A stretch of 64,000 bases of DNA from an uncultured virus (IMG/VR IMGVR_UViG_3300032093_000029) (IMGVR_UViG_3300032093_000029); one strand, 5' to 3'. Shown: positions 14,901-24,603, counted from the first letter of the stretch. Translations and numbers: made by a program. The notes: generated by a model not told the origin, from the letters alone.

Positions 14901-16554
14901 CCCTCAAGCTGCATTACACGTTTCTGGAGATGGTATTTTTACGGGTATTGTAACTGCAGGATCAGTTATCAGTGGTATTGCTTCAGTATCACAATTGAAT
15001 GTTTCTGGTGTAGGAACCTTCCAATCATCAGGATTACAAATAAGAAACCCAGCGAACACTTTTGGGTATACAATTACTGGTGGTGCAATTGCTGCTGATA
15101 GAACTCTCAACCTACCTGTAATCACTGGAACTGCTACACTTGCAGTTCTTAATATATCACAGACATTTACTAACACACAAACATTCAACGGAACATTAAG
15201 TGCTGCAGCTTTATTATCATTAAGTGGTAATACTTCAGGCACTCACGTTTTTGGAACTAACCAAACAACAGGAACACTAACATTTGGTGGAACTTCTGGA
15301 ACTGGAACAATCACATTTGGTCGTTCAACTGCTTCACAACAAACTGATATCCAAGCAGGTGCTTCTGGTGTAGGAACAACCAAAACAATCAATTTTGGAA
15401 CTGGTGGTCTTTCTGGTTCATTTACTCAAATTAATATTGGCCCAACTGCTGGTCTTGGAACTGTTGCAATTAACTCTGGGACTAACTTATTAGTAGGAAC
15501 TACAACCTCAACAGGAACTGCATCACAACTACTTCAAGTAACTGGTGGTGGATATGTTTCTGGTAAATTTGGAGTAGGAACAACACTTCCAACAAGTAAT
15601 GTATCAATTGCTGGATCCTTTGCTGCTGGCATATTTGCAGATACTTTTGCAGTATCAAATGATGGGGATGGAATTGTAAGAGCAGGTTCTAATATTATTG
15701 GTGGATCTGTTGGAACCTCAAGAGTTAATATTCAGGATAGGGCTGGATCACTCTTATCTTTTTATTATTCAACTGGACTAATTGGAAGAATAAATGTTGC
15801 AAACACAACTGATCTTTCAGTAGAAGTTGGTGGAAGTGAAAGAATAAGAATACACAATTCAACTGGTAATGTTGGTATTGGAACAACAATTGCAACCGAA
15901 GCATTATCAGTTCTTCCTAAAATACAGATACTCAATAATTCAAGTGCAGACGGCAGACTTATTTTTAGAGCAAAGCCAGGTAATGCATATCGTTGGAATA
16001 TTGATAATGATGGTGATACAAACAACTTTAGATTTTTCAGAGAGGATGATGCGAATGCTGCAAATGGAACAGCGCCCTTCCAAATTACACCAACAGGTAA
16101 TGCAATATTATCTGGTAATCTAAATGCTGCCGGAAATTATTATGTAAAACTAGCAAGAACCTCAAACCAAACTATAACTAGTCTTTCCGATACTTTGATA
16201 GGATTTTCTGCAATTAGTGATGGTAATAATTGGTTCAACTCTGGAAATAATCGTATCACCCCAACTGTTGCAGGAAACTATTGTATAAATGCAATGGTAA
16301 AATGGGAAGCAGGTGCAGCAACGAATACTGTCCAGTCAAATATTCAGATAAGAAGAAATGGAACTACAGCTGCACTTTCTGTATGTGGCGTACAAACACA
16401 CACATACACAATGAATGTTTCTGCTATTGTAACTCTGAATGGTAGTACTGATTATGTTGAACTTACTGCTTATACTGGAAATCCAACCAGTCAAGATATT
16501 GGTGGAGACGCTGGTGGAACTTTAACTAAGTTAGAGATGTTCAAACTCAATTAA
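11926..16554 (+). CDS. tail fibre protein
   Basis: N-terminal GSNPNDGQGDPLR...KINSNF fibre anchor motif, GV[AS]TYA repeats, VGIGT repeats, C1q-like C-terminus; late promoter ATAAATA about 11890. Confidence 0.88.
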   Translation: MAKLGINTGSNPNDGQGDPLRVAMGKINSNFTEIYSVIGDGNNLISYASTAGISTLAKNLTGSPRINVSGVLNTGITTTEHLEVRNITSTGIITAVQFIGDGSQLENVVATSAGVEVLDDSVRRGVAQELNFGENIVCSGPDGAGRVTISVGNNVIVGYAATYAQISGVSTYAVTSGVSTYSGLSGVSTYAGVAGVATYATNAGVSSLATFAANAGGATYAALAGVSTYAGVAGVATYSEVSGVSTYSVLTGVSTYSGVAGVATYATNAGVSSYAVLAGVSSYAVVSGVATYATNAGVSSYAVLAGVSSYAINSGVSTYAGVAGVSTALQNSRTFQITGDVVASSVSFDGTGNVSLAATIQPNSVGLGTDTTGDYVRDLTGTANQITVTSGTGEGSSPIVSIANNPTIPGNVTIGNDLQVNNNLNVTGNITIGGTSAYVISDEFRVKDADIVLGFTTNISGQDASTDNTANHGGIAVASTEGTPLVSLFIAGIETNPPTYKKIMWFKSGSFAGLNTDAWLSNYAVGIGSTQFPVGTRLAAGSVQFNDRDLTVVRGVNASGIVTGSSFRPSSGYIQASDGTNSFFIYNSTGNVAFQGTIGASQINNASGFKVIGFAGTDITFENNARISGVTTSVGGFVGNLTGTATTATNSGYASLAGVATYAGVSGVATYAGVSGVATYAGTSGVSTYSNLAGVATYAGVSGVATYAGTSGVSTTSGYATTAGISTLSQGLTGTPNISVNQVGISSNLSVSGITTFYNDVHIESNRSLLIGSGNELQLFNSGLDSYIENTSAGNLIIRDGGTGIQLRKSGGGPGAGLMAVFNTDAGVELYYNSVIKLQTFQNGVAINESVGIGSTASNPPYRLTVSGVGATITQGLANAIADLTSSVNGYGQVNIRNSLSGTNASGDLVITADSGTDTSNYVNLGINNTGFTTSSWTISGPLDGYLYTSDGNLAIGAGASAKYISLFAGGTLAVNEVVRVSDLGVGIYTTVPQAALHVSGDGIFTGIVTAGSVISGIASVSQLNVSGVGTFQSSGLQIRNPANTFGYTITGGAIAADRTLNLPVITGTATLAVLNISQTFTNTQTFNGTLSAAALLSLSGNTSGTHVFGTNQTTGTLTFGGTSGTGTITFGRSTASQQTDIQAGASGVGTTKTINFGTGGLSGSFTQINIGPTAGLGTVAINSGTNLLVGTTTSTGTASQLLQVTGGGYVSGKFGVGTTLPTSNVSIAGSFAAGIFADTFAVSNDGDGIVRAGSNIIGGSVGTSRVNIQDRAGSLLSFYYSTGLIGRINVANTTDLSVEVGGSERIRIHNSTGNVGIGTTIATEALSVLPKIQILNNSSADGRLIFRAKPGNAYRWNIDNDGDTNNFRFFREDDANAANGTAPFQITPTGNAILSGNLNAAGNYYVKLARTSNQTITSLSDTLIGFSAISDGNNWFNSGNNRITPTVAGNYCINAMVKWEAGAATNTVQSNIQIRRNGTTAALSVCGVQTHTYTMNVSAIVTLNGSTDYVELTAYTGNPTSQDIGGDAGGTLTKLEMFKLN

Positions 16555-16629
16555 ATAATAATGGTTTTATTGAATCTTAAATTAACATAATTTAATACTA
16601 AATAAGCCGCCCAAAAAATCATAAGAACA

Positions 16630-17091
16630 ATGAAAAGACTATTATTGGCCTTTTCGTTATTCTTCGCTATCCCAGTTAATGCTGCTGAAATTACATCAAG
16701 AATTACTGATTCCGTACAATTGAAAGTTGATGGTGCTGCAGTTCAATCAACCAGAATCGGTGCTTCATATTCAGCGTCAGGAACCAATATCCAATCCTCA
16801 TCCTTTGGTGGTGTAGGTGGTGCTGGAACCTACGACATTAATACTCCAGGTCAAGCATTTACTTTCTCAGAAAGTTTTAATGCTGCGGATACTCCTGTTA
16901 CCACTCAAACAGTAACGAATGGTGTTATCGGAACTCCAAATCTTTATGGAGATACTGTAACTCAAGTTGGTGGTGAGAAGGGATCCCTCGCAGGTACTCT
17001 CTCTCCAACTGGCGTTCCTACTATTACAGCTGGTGGTGCTGGAACTACCGCAACAGGTCAAAGAGCCATTGAACTAAGCGTATTCAAATGA
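16630..17091 (+). CDS. secreted/virion-associated hypothetical protein
   Basis: Signal peptide MKRLLLAFSLFFAIPVNA; Gly/Thr-rich; late promoter CTAAATA about 16598. Confidence 0.8.
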   Translation: MKRLLLAFSLFFAIPVNAAEITSRITDSVQLKVDGAAVQSTRIGASYSASGTNIQSSSFGGVGGAGTYDINTPGQAFTFSESFNAADTPVTTQTVTNGVIGTPNLYGDTVTQVGGEKGSLAGTLSPTGVPTITAGGAGTTATGQRAIELSVFK

Positions 17092-17453
17092 GACATTTAA
17101 CTCCCGCTTTGCTTTTAGCGGCGGGAGTCATCTGTACTCCCGTTTACGCTGAGAGTGTTGTGCCCAATTTTACGAGGGGTACAATCAATGCAACCACAGA
17201 ATCTACTACAAAGATTATAGAGACAATCCGCCAAGTTGAATATACAACTGGTGAATCTTATACTGTAACTGGTACGAACATCAACATTCCTGGCGTTCCT
17301 CAAAGGGGTGCTGGTTATTCGATTATGACGCAAGGTGCTCCATTCCAGTTCAGCGAAACCTACCTCGGACCTGGAGTGGCAAAAGAAACATGGATAGACC
17401 GTACTACAGAAACCCAATCAACCACTACATCAATCTCTGTCTTTACGCAGTAA
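17088..17453 (+). CDS. secreted hypothetical protein
   Basis: Signal peptide, VVPNFTRG, ends ISVFTQ; ATGA-coupled. Confidence 0.8.
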   Translation: MRHLTPALLLAAGVICTPVYAESVVPNFTRGTINATTESTTKIIETIRQVEYTTGESYTVTGTNINIPGVPQRGAGYSIMTQGAPFQFSETYLGPGVAKETWIDRTTETQSTTTSISVFTQ

Positions 17454-17974
17454 TCTCAACAGGAACTGCATTTGCTCAAACTGCCCCAGCACCAAGTAAT
17501 ACAAACATTGCTGGACCTTCAGCATCTGCTACTGGTAATGTAACTAACCAGGCAGTTCAGGTACTTCAAGGCCCTTTTGCTTTGAATACTTTTGGATCTG
17601 GAGTTTCATGTCAAGGCCCCACATTTTCCATATCACCATTTATTATTGGTAATGGAAATGCAAGTCAAGATCCAGAACAATTTCCATCTTATTCTGGAAA
17701 TGCTGGATTATCCATGGGTTTTAATATTCCTCTAGATGGTTCTTTGCAAGAACTATGCAAATCAAGAGCCAAAGTTGAAATCTCAAGACAACAAGCAGAA
17801 GCAGACAAAGCACGTTTAGATTTTGAACTTGTAAGACTTTTAAAATGCGGTGAAGCATACAAGTCAGGAATTATGTTCCATCCGGACAGTCCTTATCACA
17901 AAATTTGTGCTGATGTTGTTGTGAAATATCCAAGAGTTGGGGATGTGGTCAATGGAACCAATACAATCAATTGA
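17390..17974 (+). CDS. secreted hypothetical protein
   Basis: Signal-like N-terminus, GVSCQGPT, four Cys; start uncertain. Confidence 0.75.
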   Translation: MDRPYYRNPINHYINLCLYAVISTGTAFAQTAPAPSNTNIAGPSASATGNVTNQAVQVLQGPFALNTFGSGVSCQGPTFSISPFIIGNGNASQDPEQFPSYSGNAGLSMGFNIPLDGSLQELCKSRAKVEISRQQAEADKARLDFELVRLLKCGEAYKSGIMFHPDSPYHKICADVVVKYPRVGDVVNGTNTIN

Positions 17975-18830
17975 TAATCCAAATCTAAGAACAATAATCG
18001 GAAATAATCCGATCAATGTACCAAGTGCAAACATAAATCGAATATCTGGTCCATCTGTAATTTCAACTATAGACAGACCAAATGTTCGTTCTGTAGAAGC
18101 GCCTGTTGTTCGTGGACTGGAAGTTCCTATCATTGATGTTCCGAATACTGCAATAAAGTATCCAGTCATTAATGTTCCAACTCAAGCAGAGTTTGATGCT
18201 GCAGTAAAAGCAGAACGTGAAAAACAGGCACAAGAACAACAGGAAAAATCAAGGGGGTTACCTGATACTACTCCCCCTCCTCAACTGCCCCAAGTTAACG
18301 AAACTCCTCTGTCTCAAACTGTACCTACAGTTGCAGAAGTTCCAGTAGATAAACCTCAACCTACATTTTCCGTTTATGGAGTCGATATTAATTTACCTGA
18401 CCCTTCTCTTGTTGCTACGGCTGGTGCTGTAGCTGTAGTTACAACTGCAGCTACAATAGCATCAACCGCAGTTTTTAATGGTCTAAGAAGTGCAGCAGAA
18501 CCATTTTTAAAAGAAGCTGCAAAAAATAAATTCAAAATTAAGATCAAACAAGTTAAACCTGTTCTCCATTATGTAATGGCTGAATCAGGTCACATTGATA
18601 TTTTTGAGTACTCATCTGAAGGTACACGATTAGTTGCTCAAGTTGATAATGTAGAACAATACATTAGAGATCAAGTAGAGAAAAATACACTTTATGAAAT
18701 TGAGAATAAAGTAATCATTGATGAACCCGTAAAAGAAAAATTCACAAAAGAAGGGCAAGAAAGATTTAAATCTCTCTACGCCCCTCCTAAGAAAATCGCT
18801 AAAAAATTATCAGCTAGATTGTCTTTCTAA
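17952..18830 (+). CDS. hypothetical membrane protein
   Basis: Pro-rich N-half, TM segment; start reset to MEPIQ. Confidence 0.75.
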   Translation: MEPIQSIDNPNLRTIIGNNPINVPSANINRISGPSVISTIDRPNVRSVEAPVVRGLEVPIIDVPNTAIKYPVINVPTQAEFDAAVKAEREKQAQEQQEKSRGLPDTTPPPQLPQVNETPLSQTVPTVAEVPVDKPQPTFSVYGVDINLPDPSLVATAGAVAVVTTAATIASTAVFNGLRSAAEPFLKEAAKNKFKIKIKQVKPVLHYVMAESGHIDIFEYSSEGTRLVAQVDNVEQYIRDQVEKNTLYEIENKVIIDEPVKEKFTKEGQERFKSLYAPPKKIAKKLSARLSF

Positions 18831-19573
18831 TATTTTCCTTCTGTACAATACTCTACTTTTTTATTTGGATAATAAGGATACTTACCCTCTTGTGGTTTCA
18901 TAAATCCACAACCAATTAACCAATCCATAGTCATTGGAGTTGGTCTCATCTGATCCCACAGTGGACCTTTAGCACACATCTCTAACTTCTCAGCAGTAAC
19001 ATTCGATTGTTCTTCTGCCCAGTTAGCATCTGCTTCCCAGGGAACAGCACGACTCTGCATCATAGATTCATAGGTCAATCTAGTATTCTTCATAATCCAA
19101 GCAGGGATTTCTGAATCCTGATGAACCTGGGCCATGAATGATGTCTGAATCCCACCACCCATACAATCTTGTACGGCATGCCATCCTTCATGTCTCATCG
19201 TTCCAAGAAACTCTCTTGGATCTTTGAGAAGTTGTTCGTTCACAAAGAAACGATTGTAGTTTGGTTTATATAATCCTACTGTCCTTGGAGTAAAATATCT
19301 TTCTGGTGCAACATAAACGGGAACATTTACACCATCAAGAGCAGTAATAATTCTTGTTAGTTCTTCTCTGAATGGATCAAAGTCTGGATCCTTTAGTAGT
19401 TCAGAATCTACTGTGAGTTTTTCTACTCCTTCAGTGCATTCTAGGAGAATCATACAACCCATTGCTGCTGGACTGTATGGTTTTACTGTTGGTTGTGTTG
19501 GCGCTAGTGATGACGCCATAGCAGGAAATGCTAAGGATAAAACTAAACCAACTGAGGTGAGTAACTTTTTCAT
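18827..19573 (-). CDS. secreted zinc-metallopeptidase-like protein
   Basis: Signal peptide, RHEGWH (HExxH) plus WEADA. Confidence 0.7.
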   Translation of the reverse strand: MKKLLTSVGLVLSLAFPAMASSLAPTQPTVKPYSPAAMGCMILLECTEGVEKLTVDSELLKDPDFDPFREELTRIITALDGVNVPVYVAPERYFTPRTVGLYKPNYNRFFVNEQLLKDPREFLGTMRHEGWHAVQDCMGGGIQTSFMAQVHQDSEIPAWIMKNTRLTYESMMQSRAVPWEADANWAEEQSNVTAEKLEMCAKGPLWDQMRPTPMTMDWLIGCGFMKPQEGKYPYYPNKKVEYCTEGKY

Positions 19574-19770
19574 TCGTTCCACCAACCTTCTTGTTTATGA
19601 ATCCAGACTTTCAAATCTTTTACATACTTTCTCAAGATCTGGGCCTGTTCTTCATGCCAAAAATCACCCGTCTCCATGTGAAGACGGGTGTGATTATCTA
19701 TAGCTTTAAGTATTTGATGGATGGGAGCATTCCAACACTCCCTTTTTGGAGTGTTCCATTCTCTTGGCAT
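19570..19770 (-). CDS. hypothetical protein
   Basis: 66-aa ORF with ATGA coupling. Confidence 0.7.
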   Translation of the reverse strand: MPREWNTPKRECWNAPIHQILKAIDNHTRLHMETGDFWHEEQAQILRKYVKDLKVWIHKQEGWWNE

Positions 19771-19989
19771 GGTACAACCAGCGAGTGTATTTCATTATAT
19801 CTAAAATATTCAAGTTGGCATTGTCCTGGACTAATCTCAGTGTAACCAACAATCATAAAAGCAATCAATTCCATCATTTTTTCTTTCCACCATTCTTTGC
19901 TTTTTTGGCAGTGGCATTACCTTGATTCTGTTTAGAGTTTTTTTGTCCTCCAGAAGAACCTTTCTTGCCTTTGTTTGCAGACTTAGACA

Positions 19990-20328
19990 TTATGCTCCAC
20001 CGGTACGGGGTTGAACTTGGCCCTCTAGAACTTCAACTCTTTCCTCAAGGGTTGGTTCTGCGGCAGCAACTTCTGGTGCTGGTAGTTCAGGGAGAGATTC
20101 TACGACATCTTCCCTTTTTGGTTCTTCCTTCTTTTCATCATCATCACCACCCTTCTTCATTGTGTTAATACCAAAGGTTGCAGCAGAAGCAGTGAATACG
20201 GTTGCAATAAAGGTAGGATCCATTTTAGCGAGAGCACCAGCGTAACTTGCTGTCAATAGTGCGGCAGACCAACCCAAAATCGCAATACGAATAATCTGAC
20301 TCATACATTTTTCCCTTTTGTTTTCCAT
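19990..20328 (-). CDS. hypothetical membrane protein
   Basis: Two hydrophobic helices (DPTFIATVF) plus charged tail. Confidence 0.7.
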   Translation of the reverse strand: MENKREKCMSQIIRIAILGWSAALLTASYAGALAKMDPTFIATVFTASAATFGINTMKKGGDDDEKKEEPKREDVVESLPELPAPEVAAAEPTLEERVEVLEGQVQPRTGGA

Positions 20329-20364
20329 CAGTTCCTAGTGATGATGTCTTTGTTATTTAGGATT

Positions 20365-22458
20365 TTAGAACTTAAATTTAAGTTTTGCAGAAACTGCTGT
20401 ATTGGAAACACCATCATTGATTTGATGTATCCCTTCAATAACTACCATCTCTTTATAATCAACAGAAGCAGATACTTCAATCAATCCACTAGTCTCATAA
20501 GAACCACCAACAGTTACTCCAAATAAATCCTTTTTCTTTCCACCAAAACGGTGTGAAATATTTAGACCTACCTCACCAGAATGTGAAGTTTTGTTTATAG
20601 TATCAACAGTTCTTCTGGATTGAATAGAACCTTTCTCAGTAAATCCATCTCTCTGGTAGTTACCAACAGTGTATCCAACAAATGGTCTTAAATTCTTATT
20701 AAGATGCCAGAATAGTCTGTTATTTACAAACCACTCTTTTCCTTGTGTTGAACTTTCATTGTTGAAGACACCCTGAACATTTCTGGATACGTTATATTTG
20801 TTCTGTGCAAATCCAGCATTTGTTAATAGTGAGAATGTATTGCCACGCAACATATTGAATATTCCATAATGATTTTTCAGGAGTTTAGAAGTACTATCAA
20901 CACCACCTAAATCAATATTCATATTATTATATTGACCACCAATCGTCCAGGTTGGTTTAATATCAATCTCTAATCCACCACCAATAATTAAAGTCTTACC
21001 ATCGTATCCATTCTCACCAGAAGACCAAGCATAATAGTTATTACTGAATACTCTTACTTTATCAGTGGTTGGTTTAGATGGTTCGTGGATAAGAAGATTT
21101 TGTAATCCACCACCAATCTTATCTAAAACTTCATACTGGTCAGTGCGTCCAGAAAGAACATCGTGAGTATTTTCAGTATCAACAGAAAGAAGTAATGAAC
21201 TTACGACGGTTCCATCACTATAAGTATCTTGCTTCAATAATGGAGTCTGACTTGTAGTTGCAAAGTCTCTTCTAATCTTCTGAACTCCATCCTTCTCAGA
21301 TGCCTTATGTGTTACTTCTGTGGTAACAACAACTGGAAGTCCTGGTGCAGGAACAGTCACAGAGTTTAATAATGTTGGTGGTTCTGGTTCTGCTGTAGGT
21401 TCAGGAGTTGGCTCTGGTGTTGGTTCAGGAGTGGGTTCAGGAGTTGGCTCTGGTGTGGGTTCAGGAGTTGGCTCTGGTGTTGGTTCAGGAGTTGGCTCTG
21501 GTGTGGGTTCAGGAGTTGGTTCTGGTTCTGGTGTGGGTTCAGGAGTTGGAGTTGGTGCTACCTCATCAACAGATGGTGCATCTGGATTGTTTGGAGCAAC
21601 AGGAGTGAATGCCTCACCATTTGCTGTTGTAGTTCCAGGTTGACTATCAACTAAAAGAACTGGTGATAATGCTGTATCTCCAAGGTTGAATACTGCAAAT
21701 CCCAAGAGATAATCACCATCAGCGCCTACTTGATAAGTTGAATACTGCCATCCAGTAGAACCAAAAGAACCTGTTGAATAATCACCTGTTCCTGGATTGG
21801 TAAATCCAAGTAATGCATAGTTTTGAAGTTGGTTATTAACTGTTACTGATGGGGAAGTTCCAGATCCCTGATAAACAAGTGAAGTGATAGAACCATCATT
21901 GAAAGGAACATAATCAGTTCCAATATAGTTCCAAGACATCGTATAAACTTTTCCAGTCTCCAAAGTGACTGATTTTGTAATCCAAGAAGCATCGGTTGGG
22001 TTTGGATTTCCAAGTCCTGATGCTTGTTGTTGTTGAGTGAGAAGATCTCTTATTGCTTGATTTTGCTCTGGAGTTAAACCAAGTGCTTCTGTTGCTTGGT
22101 TAAATGTTTGTTGACCGTTTGGTTGTAGTGCGGCACCAGCAGTTCCATAAGGAGCAAACTCCCAAGTGGTTGGTGTTACTGCGGGTGCGTGATATGGATT
22201 AGGAGAACCGTCTTGTAGTGTTGGGCTTCCTACTGCGGGGAAAGATCCAGCATTAAAAATAACTGGATTATCGACAACACTCACACCAGTTCCATTTCCA
22301 CCGATTGTGGCATCTAGTGTTCCAGTTTGAGTTCCAGTATTCCATCCTGAAGTATCTCCAGTCTCGAAATCTGTACCAGAAATTGTATCTGCGAATGCTG
22401 TTGGTGCCCCCATTAAAAGAGCAGACGCTACAGCAAGCGCCCTTGTAGCGTAAGACAT
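20365..22458 (-). CDS. autotransporter-like outer-membrane protein with (PEPT)n linker
   Basis: Signal peptide, beta-rich passenger, PEPT repeats, amphipathic beta-strand C-terminus ending KLKFKF. Confidence 0.75.
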   Translation of the reverse strand: MSYATRALAVASALLMGAPTAFADTISGTDFETGDTSGWNTGTQTGTLDATIGGNGTGVSVVDNPVIFNAGSFPAVGSPTLQDGSPNPYHAPAVTPTTWEFAPYGTAGAALQPNGQQTFNQATEALGLTPEQNQAIRDLLTQQQQASGLGNPNPTDASWITKSVTLETGKVYTMSWNYIGTDYVPFNDGSITSLVYQGSGTSPSVTVNNQLQNYALLGFTNPGTGDYSTGSFGSTGWQYSTYQVGADGDYLLGFAVFNLGDTALSPVLLVDSQPGTTTANGEAFTPVAPNNPDAPSVDEVAPTPTPEPTPEPEPTPEPTPEPTPEPTPEPTPEPTPEPTPEPTPEPTPEPTPEPTAEPEPPTLLNSVTVPAPGLPVVVTTEVTHKASEKDGVQKIRRDFATTSQTPLLKQDTYSDGTVVSSLLLSVDTENTHDVLSGRTDQYEVLDKIGGGLQNLLIHEPSKPTTDKVRVFSNNYYAWSSGENGYDGKTLIIGGGLEIDIKPTWTIGGQYNNMNIDLGGVDSTSKLLKNHYGIFNMLRGNTFSLLTNAGFAQNKYNVSRNVQGVFNNESSTQGKEWFVNNRLFWHLNKNLRPFVGYTVGNYQRDGFTEKGSIQSRRTVDTINKTSHSGEVGLNISHRFGGKKKDLFGVTVGGSYETSGLIEVSASVDYKEMVVIEGIHQINDGVSNTAVSAKLKFKF
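21380..21557 (-). repeat. coding 12/24-nt tandem repeat (PEPT)
   Basis: ggttcaggagttggctctggtgt units. Confidence 0.92.
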
Positions 22459-22602
22459 AAGAATCCTCTGTGAGTTCAGTGTGTACTAAACAAAACAAAC
22501 CGAAGTTATGTTTAAAAGTAAAGTATTCACCGAATCACAGAGGACTCGGACTATGTAGATTCAGACCATTTAAGATCAAGAATCAGTTATGATTGTAACT
22601 AT

Positions 22603-23274
22603 TTATCCCTTCTTCCAGGCTTCACCCTCTGCCTTTCTTCTACGTGCAAGACCTGCTTCCACATTTGAACCAGGATTGCGGTAGAGATAAAGAGCGTCAG
22701 GAACTAAATCCCACTCTTTATTTTTCAGGCGTTTAGTAATAGTATTAAAGTTATCACCACCGTAAAAACCGGCACCAAGATTATAAGCAAAGCTGAGCAG
22801 AGCGCCTCTTTTTCCATCAGACATTTCACTCCAATGAGGGATTTTACGCAAGGCAGGAAGGAATTCTTTCTTACATTGTTCGATAAGAAGTTCATCTGCT
22901 TCTTGCTGAGTTAAAGTATCACCAAGTTTAAATGACGAACCATCTTTCTTACGGGTTGATCCCCAACCAATTGTGATTGGAAGTCCACCTGTGAGAGGAT
23001 CGGGATATGCCTTTAAGTGACATCCTTCAAACTCTTTGATTAATTTAAGACCCATCATCGGTAGATCATCTCCACCAGTTACTGGAGCTGCAGCAGCGGG
23101 AGTAGATGCTGGTGCAGCACTAGTCTTTTTTCCACGATAAATCTCAGCCCACTCTACGTTATCGCCAAGATACTCAACAGGAAGATTATCTTCCAACCAC
23201 TGAACAGCTTTGACATGATTAGGATTTCTTTCATCATAGAATTGAAAGAAGTTATGTAAATCTACTCTTGCCAT
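22603..23274 (-). CDS. GH24 lysozyme (endolysin)
   Basis: IKEFEGC-LKAYPD...TIGWG, ALLSFAYNLG, GLARRRKAE. Confidence 0.93.
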   Translation of the reverse strand: MARVDLHNFFQFYDERNPNHVKAVQWLEDNLPVEYLGDNVEWAEIYRGKKTSAAPASTPAAAAPVTGGDDLPMMGLKLIKEFEGCHLKAYPDPLTGGLPITIGWGSTRKKDGSSFKLGDTLTQQEADELLIEQCKKEFLPALRKIPHWSEMSDGKRGALLSFAYNLGAGFYGGDNFNTITKRLKNKEWDLVPDALYLYRNPGSNVEAGLARRRKAEGEAWKKG

Positions 23275-23292
23275 GATTGTTCTCCTTTTGTA

Positions 23293-23964
23293 TCAGTCAA
23301 AAATACGACCCCAACCATCGTTGCCACCTGGGCACCAACGATGCTTAAGAACTGCTTTGGTGTAAATGGTCTTCTTACCATTTGTAACTGGACCAGTATA
23401 ATTATCGTTCAATGAACCATAAGGATCATTGACATAGTATCCTTTACCATCTGGAGTCTTACCAATTACAACACACATGTGCCCACCAGTAGGTGCAGAA
23501 AGAGAACCCCTGTGAAGGATACCAATAACGACAGGCTTCCCAGCATCGAGACTTTTATCAATATCAGCGAAAGAAAGATTGTAACTAAAGTGTGACTTAA
23601 CTCCATAACCTGCAAGTACCTTTGTCTGTACCGCATGGTCAGTAGTGTCACCAATCGCAAATACTTTCTTAACGTATTCGTCGTCGCCTTTGATGCTTCC
23701 TGGCTTGAGGAAAGCAAGACACATAGCACATGACGAACTGTTGCAAGTTCTATGTGCATCTCTGTAGTTATCTACTTGGTTAAAGTATGGAACATTGAGA
23801 ACTGCTGGAGTTGGTGGTTTAGTTCTAAAAATACCAATCCAATCAGTCTCTGCATCGTCTAGGAATTTTTCTGGAAGTTTATCTTCCAACCACTGAACCG
23901 CAGCAACGTGATTTGGGTTCTTCTCATCATAAAACTTAAAAAAGTTATGAAGATCTAGGGTCAT
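23293..23964 (-). CDS. C39-like cysteine peptidase
   Basis: VPYFNQ...CNSSSCAM, GGHMCVV, YVNDPY (Cys-His-Asp). Confidence 0.88.
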   Translation of the reverse strand: MTLDLHNFFKFYDEKNPNHVAAVQWLEDKLPEKFLDDAETDWIGIFRTKPPTPAVLNVPYFNQVDNYRDAHRTCNSSSCAMCLAFLKPGSIKGDDEYVKKVFAIGDTTDHAVQTKVLAGYGVKSHFSYNLSFADIDKSLDAGKPVVIGILHRGSLSAPTGGHMCVVIGKTPDGKGYYVNDPYGSLNDNYTGPVTNGKKTIYTKAVLKHRWCPGGNDGWGRIFD

Positions 23965-24002
23965 AGTACTATTTTTTCGACACCTTGTTATTTAGGATTT
24001 TA

Positions 24003-24566
24003 TTACCTGTTTCCCCACTGAATGTCAGGATATGCATCCGAAACATTTTGTTTAGTAATATTATACTTAGTTTGTAGTTTCTTATCTTTTACTAACATGA
24101 GAATCTCAGCCTCAAGAGGATGGAGACCTTCAAGGATACTGATAAACATTGTTTCCCTCTTCATGCTAGAGAGACGATCATTACCACCCTTTACAAAATT
24201 ATAAAAGTAAGTGTATTCTTTACGGATAGAAGTTCTTCCTTGATCCTGAGATCCAATAGAATTGGATTCCAAATCACTCATCATTTCTACAGCCCTACTA
24301 ATGTTATCGCTTAGATTACCAGAACGTACATTTTGTTGTCCTACACTTGCATAAGGAACTAATCCTTCTGGAAGCATAGAAATTATACTTTCATCAAAGT
24401 TCCAGATAAGGATAGTTTTTAATGATGGATCTGCATACTTTTGAAGAACCTCAACTTTTTTTGCATTCGATTTTTGTTTTGATGCAAGTGCAAGAACTTC
24501 AAAAGAAAAAGGATTAGAGGGTAGTTCTTCAGACACTACCCTCGGAATTTTAGTTTGAGTAGTCAT
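24003..24566 (-). CDS. conserved T4-like cyanophage protein (DUF6433-like)
   Basis: LPEGxVPY, KRETMFIxxLEGLHPxEAE. Confidence 0.75.
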   Translation of the reverse strand: MTTQTKIPRVVSEELPSNPFSFEVLALASKQKSNAKKVEVLQKYADPSLKTILIWNFDESIISMLPEGLVPYASVGQQNVRSGNLSDNISRAVEMMSDLESNSIGSQDQGRTSIRKEYTYFYNFVKGGNDRLSSMKRETMFISILEGLHPLEAEILMLVKDKKLQTKYNITKQNVSDAYPDIQWGNR

Positions 24567-24603
24567 AAAACTTAGTTCAATTCAGTTGTTATTAATATTT
24601 AGA

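Noticed and set aside
21320..21643. GVGS repeat ORFs / possible CRISPR-like array
   Set aside because: Antisense shadow of the PEPT repeat; no unique spacers
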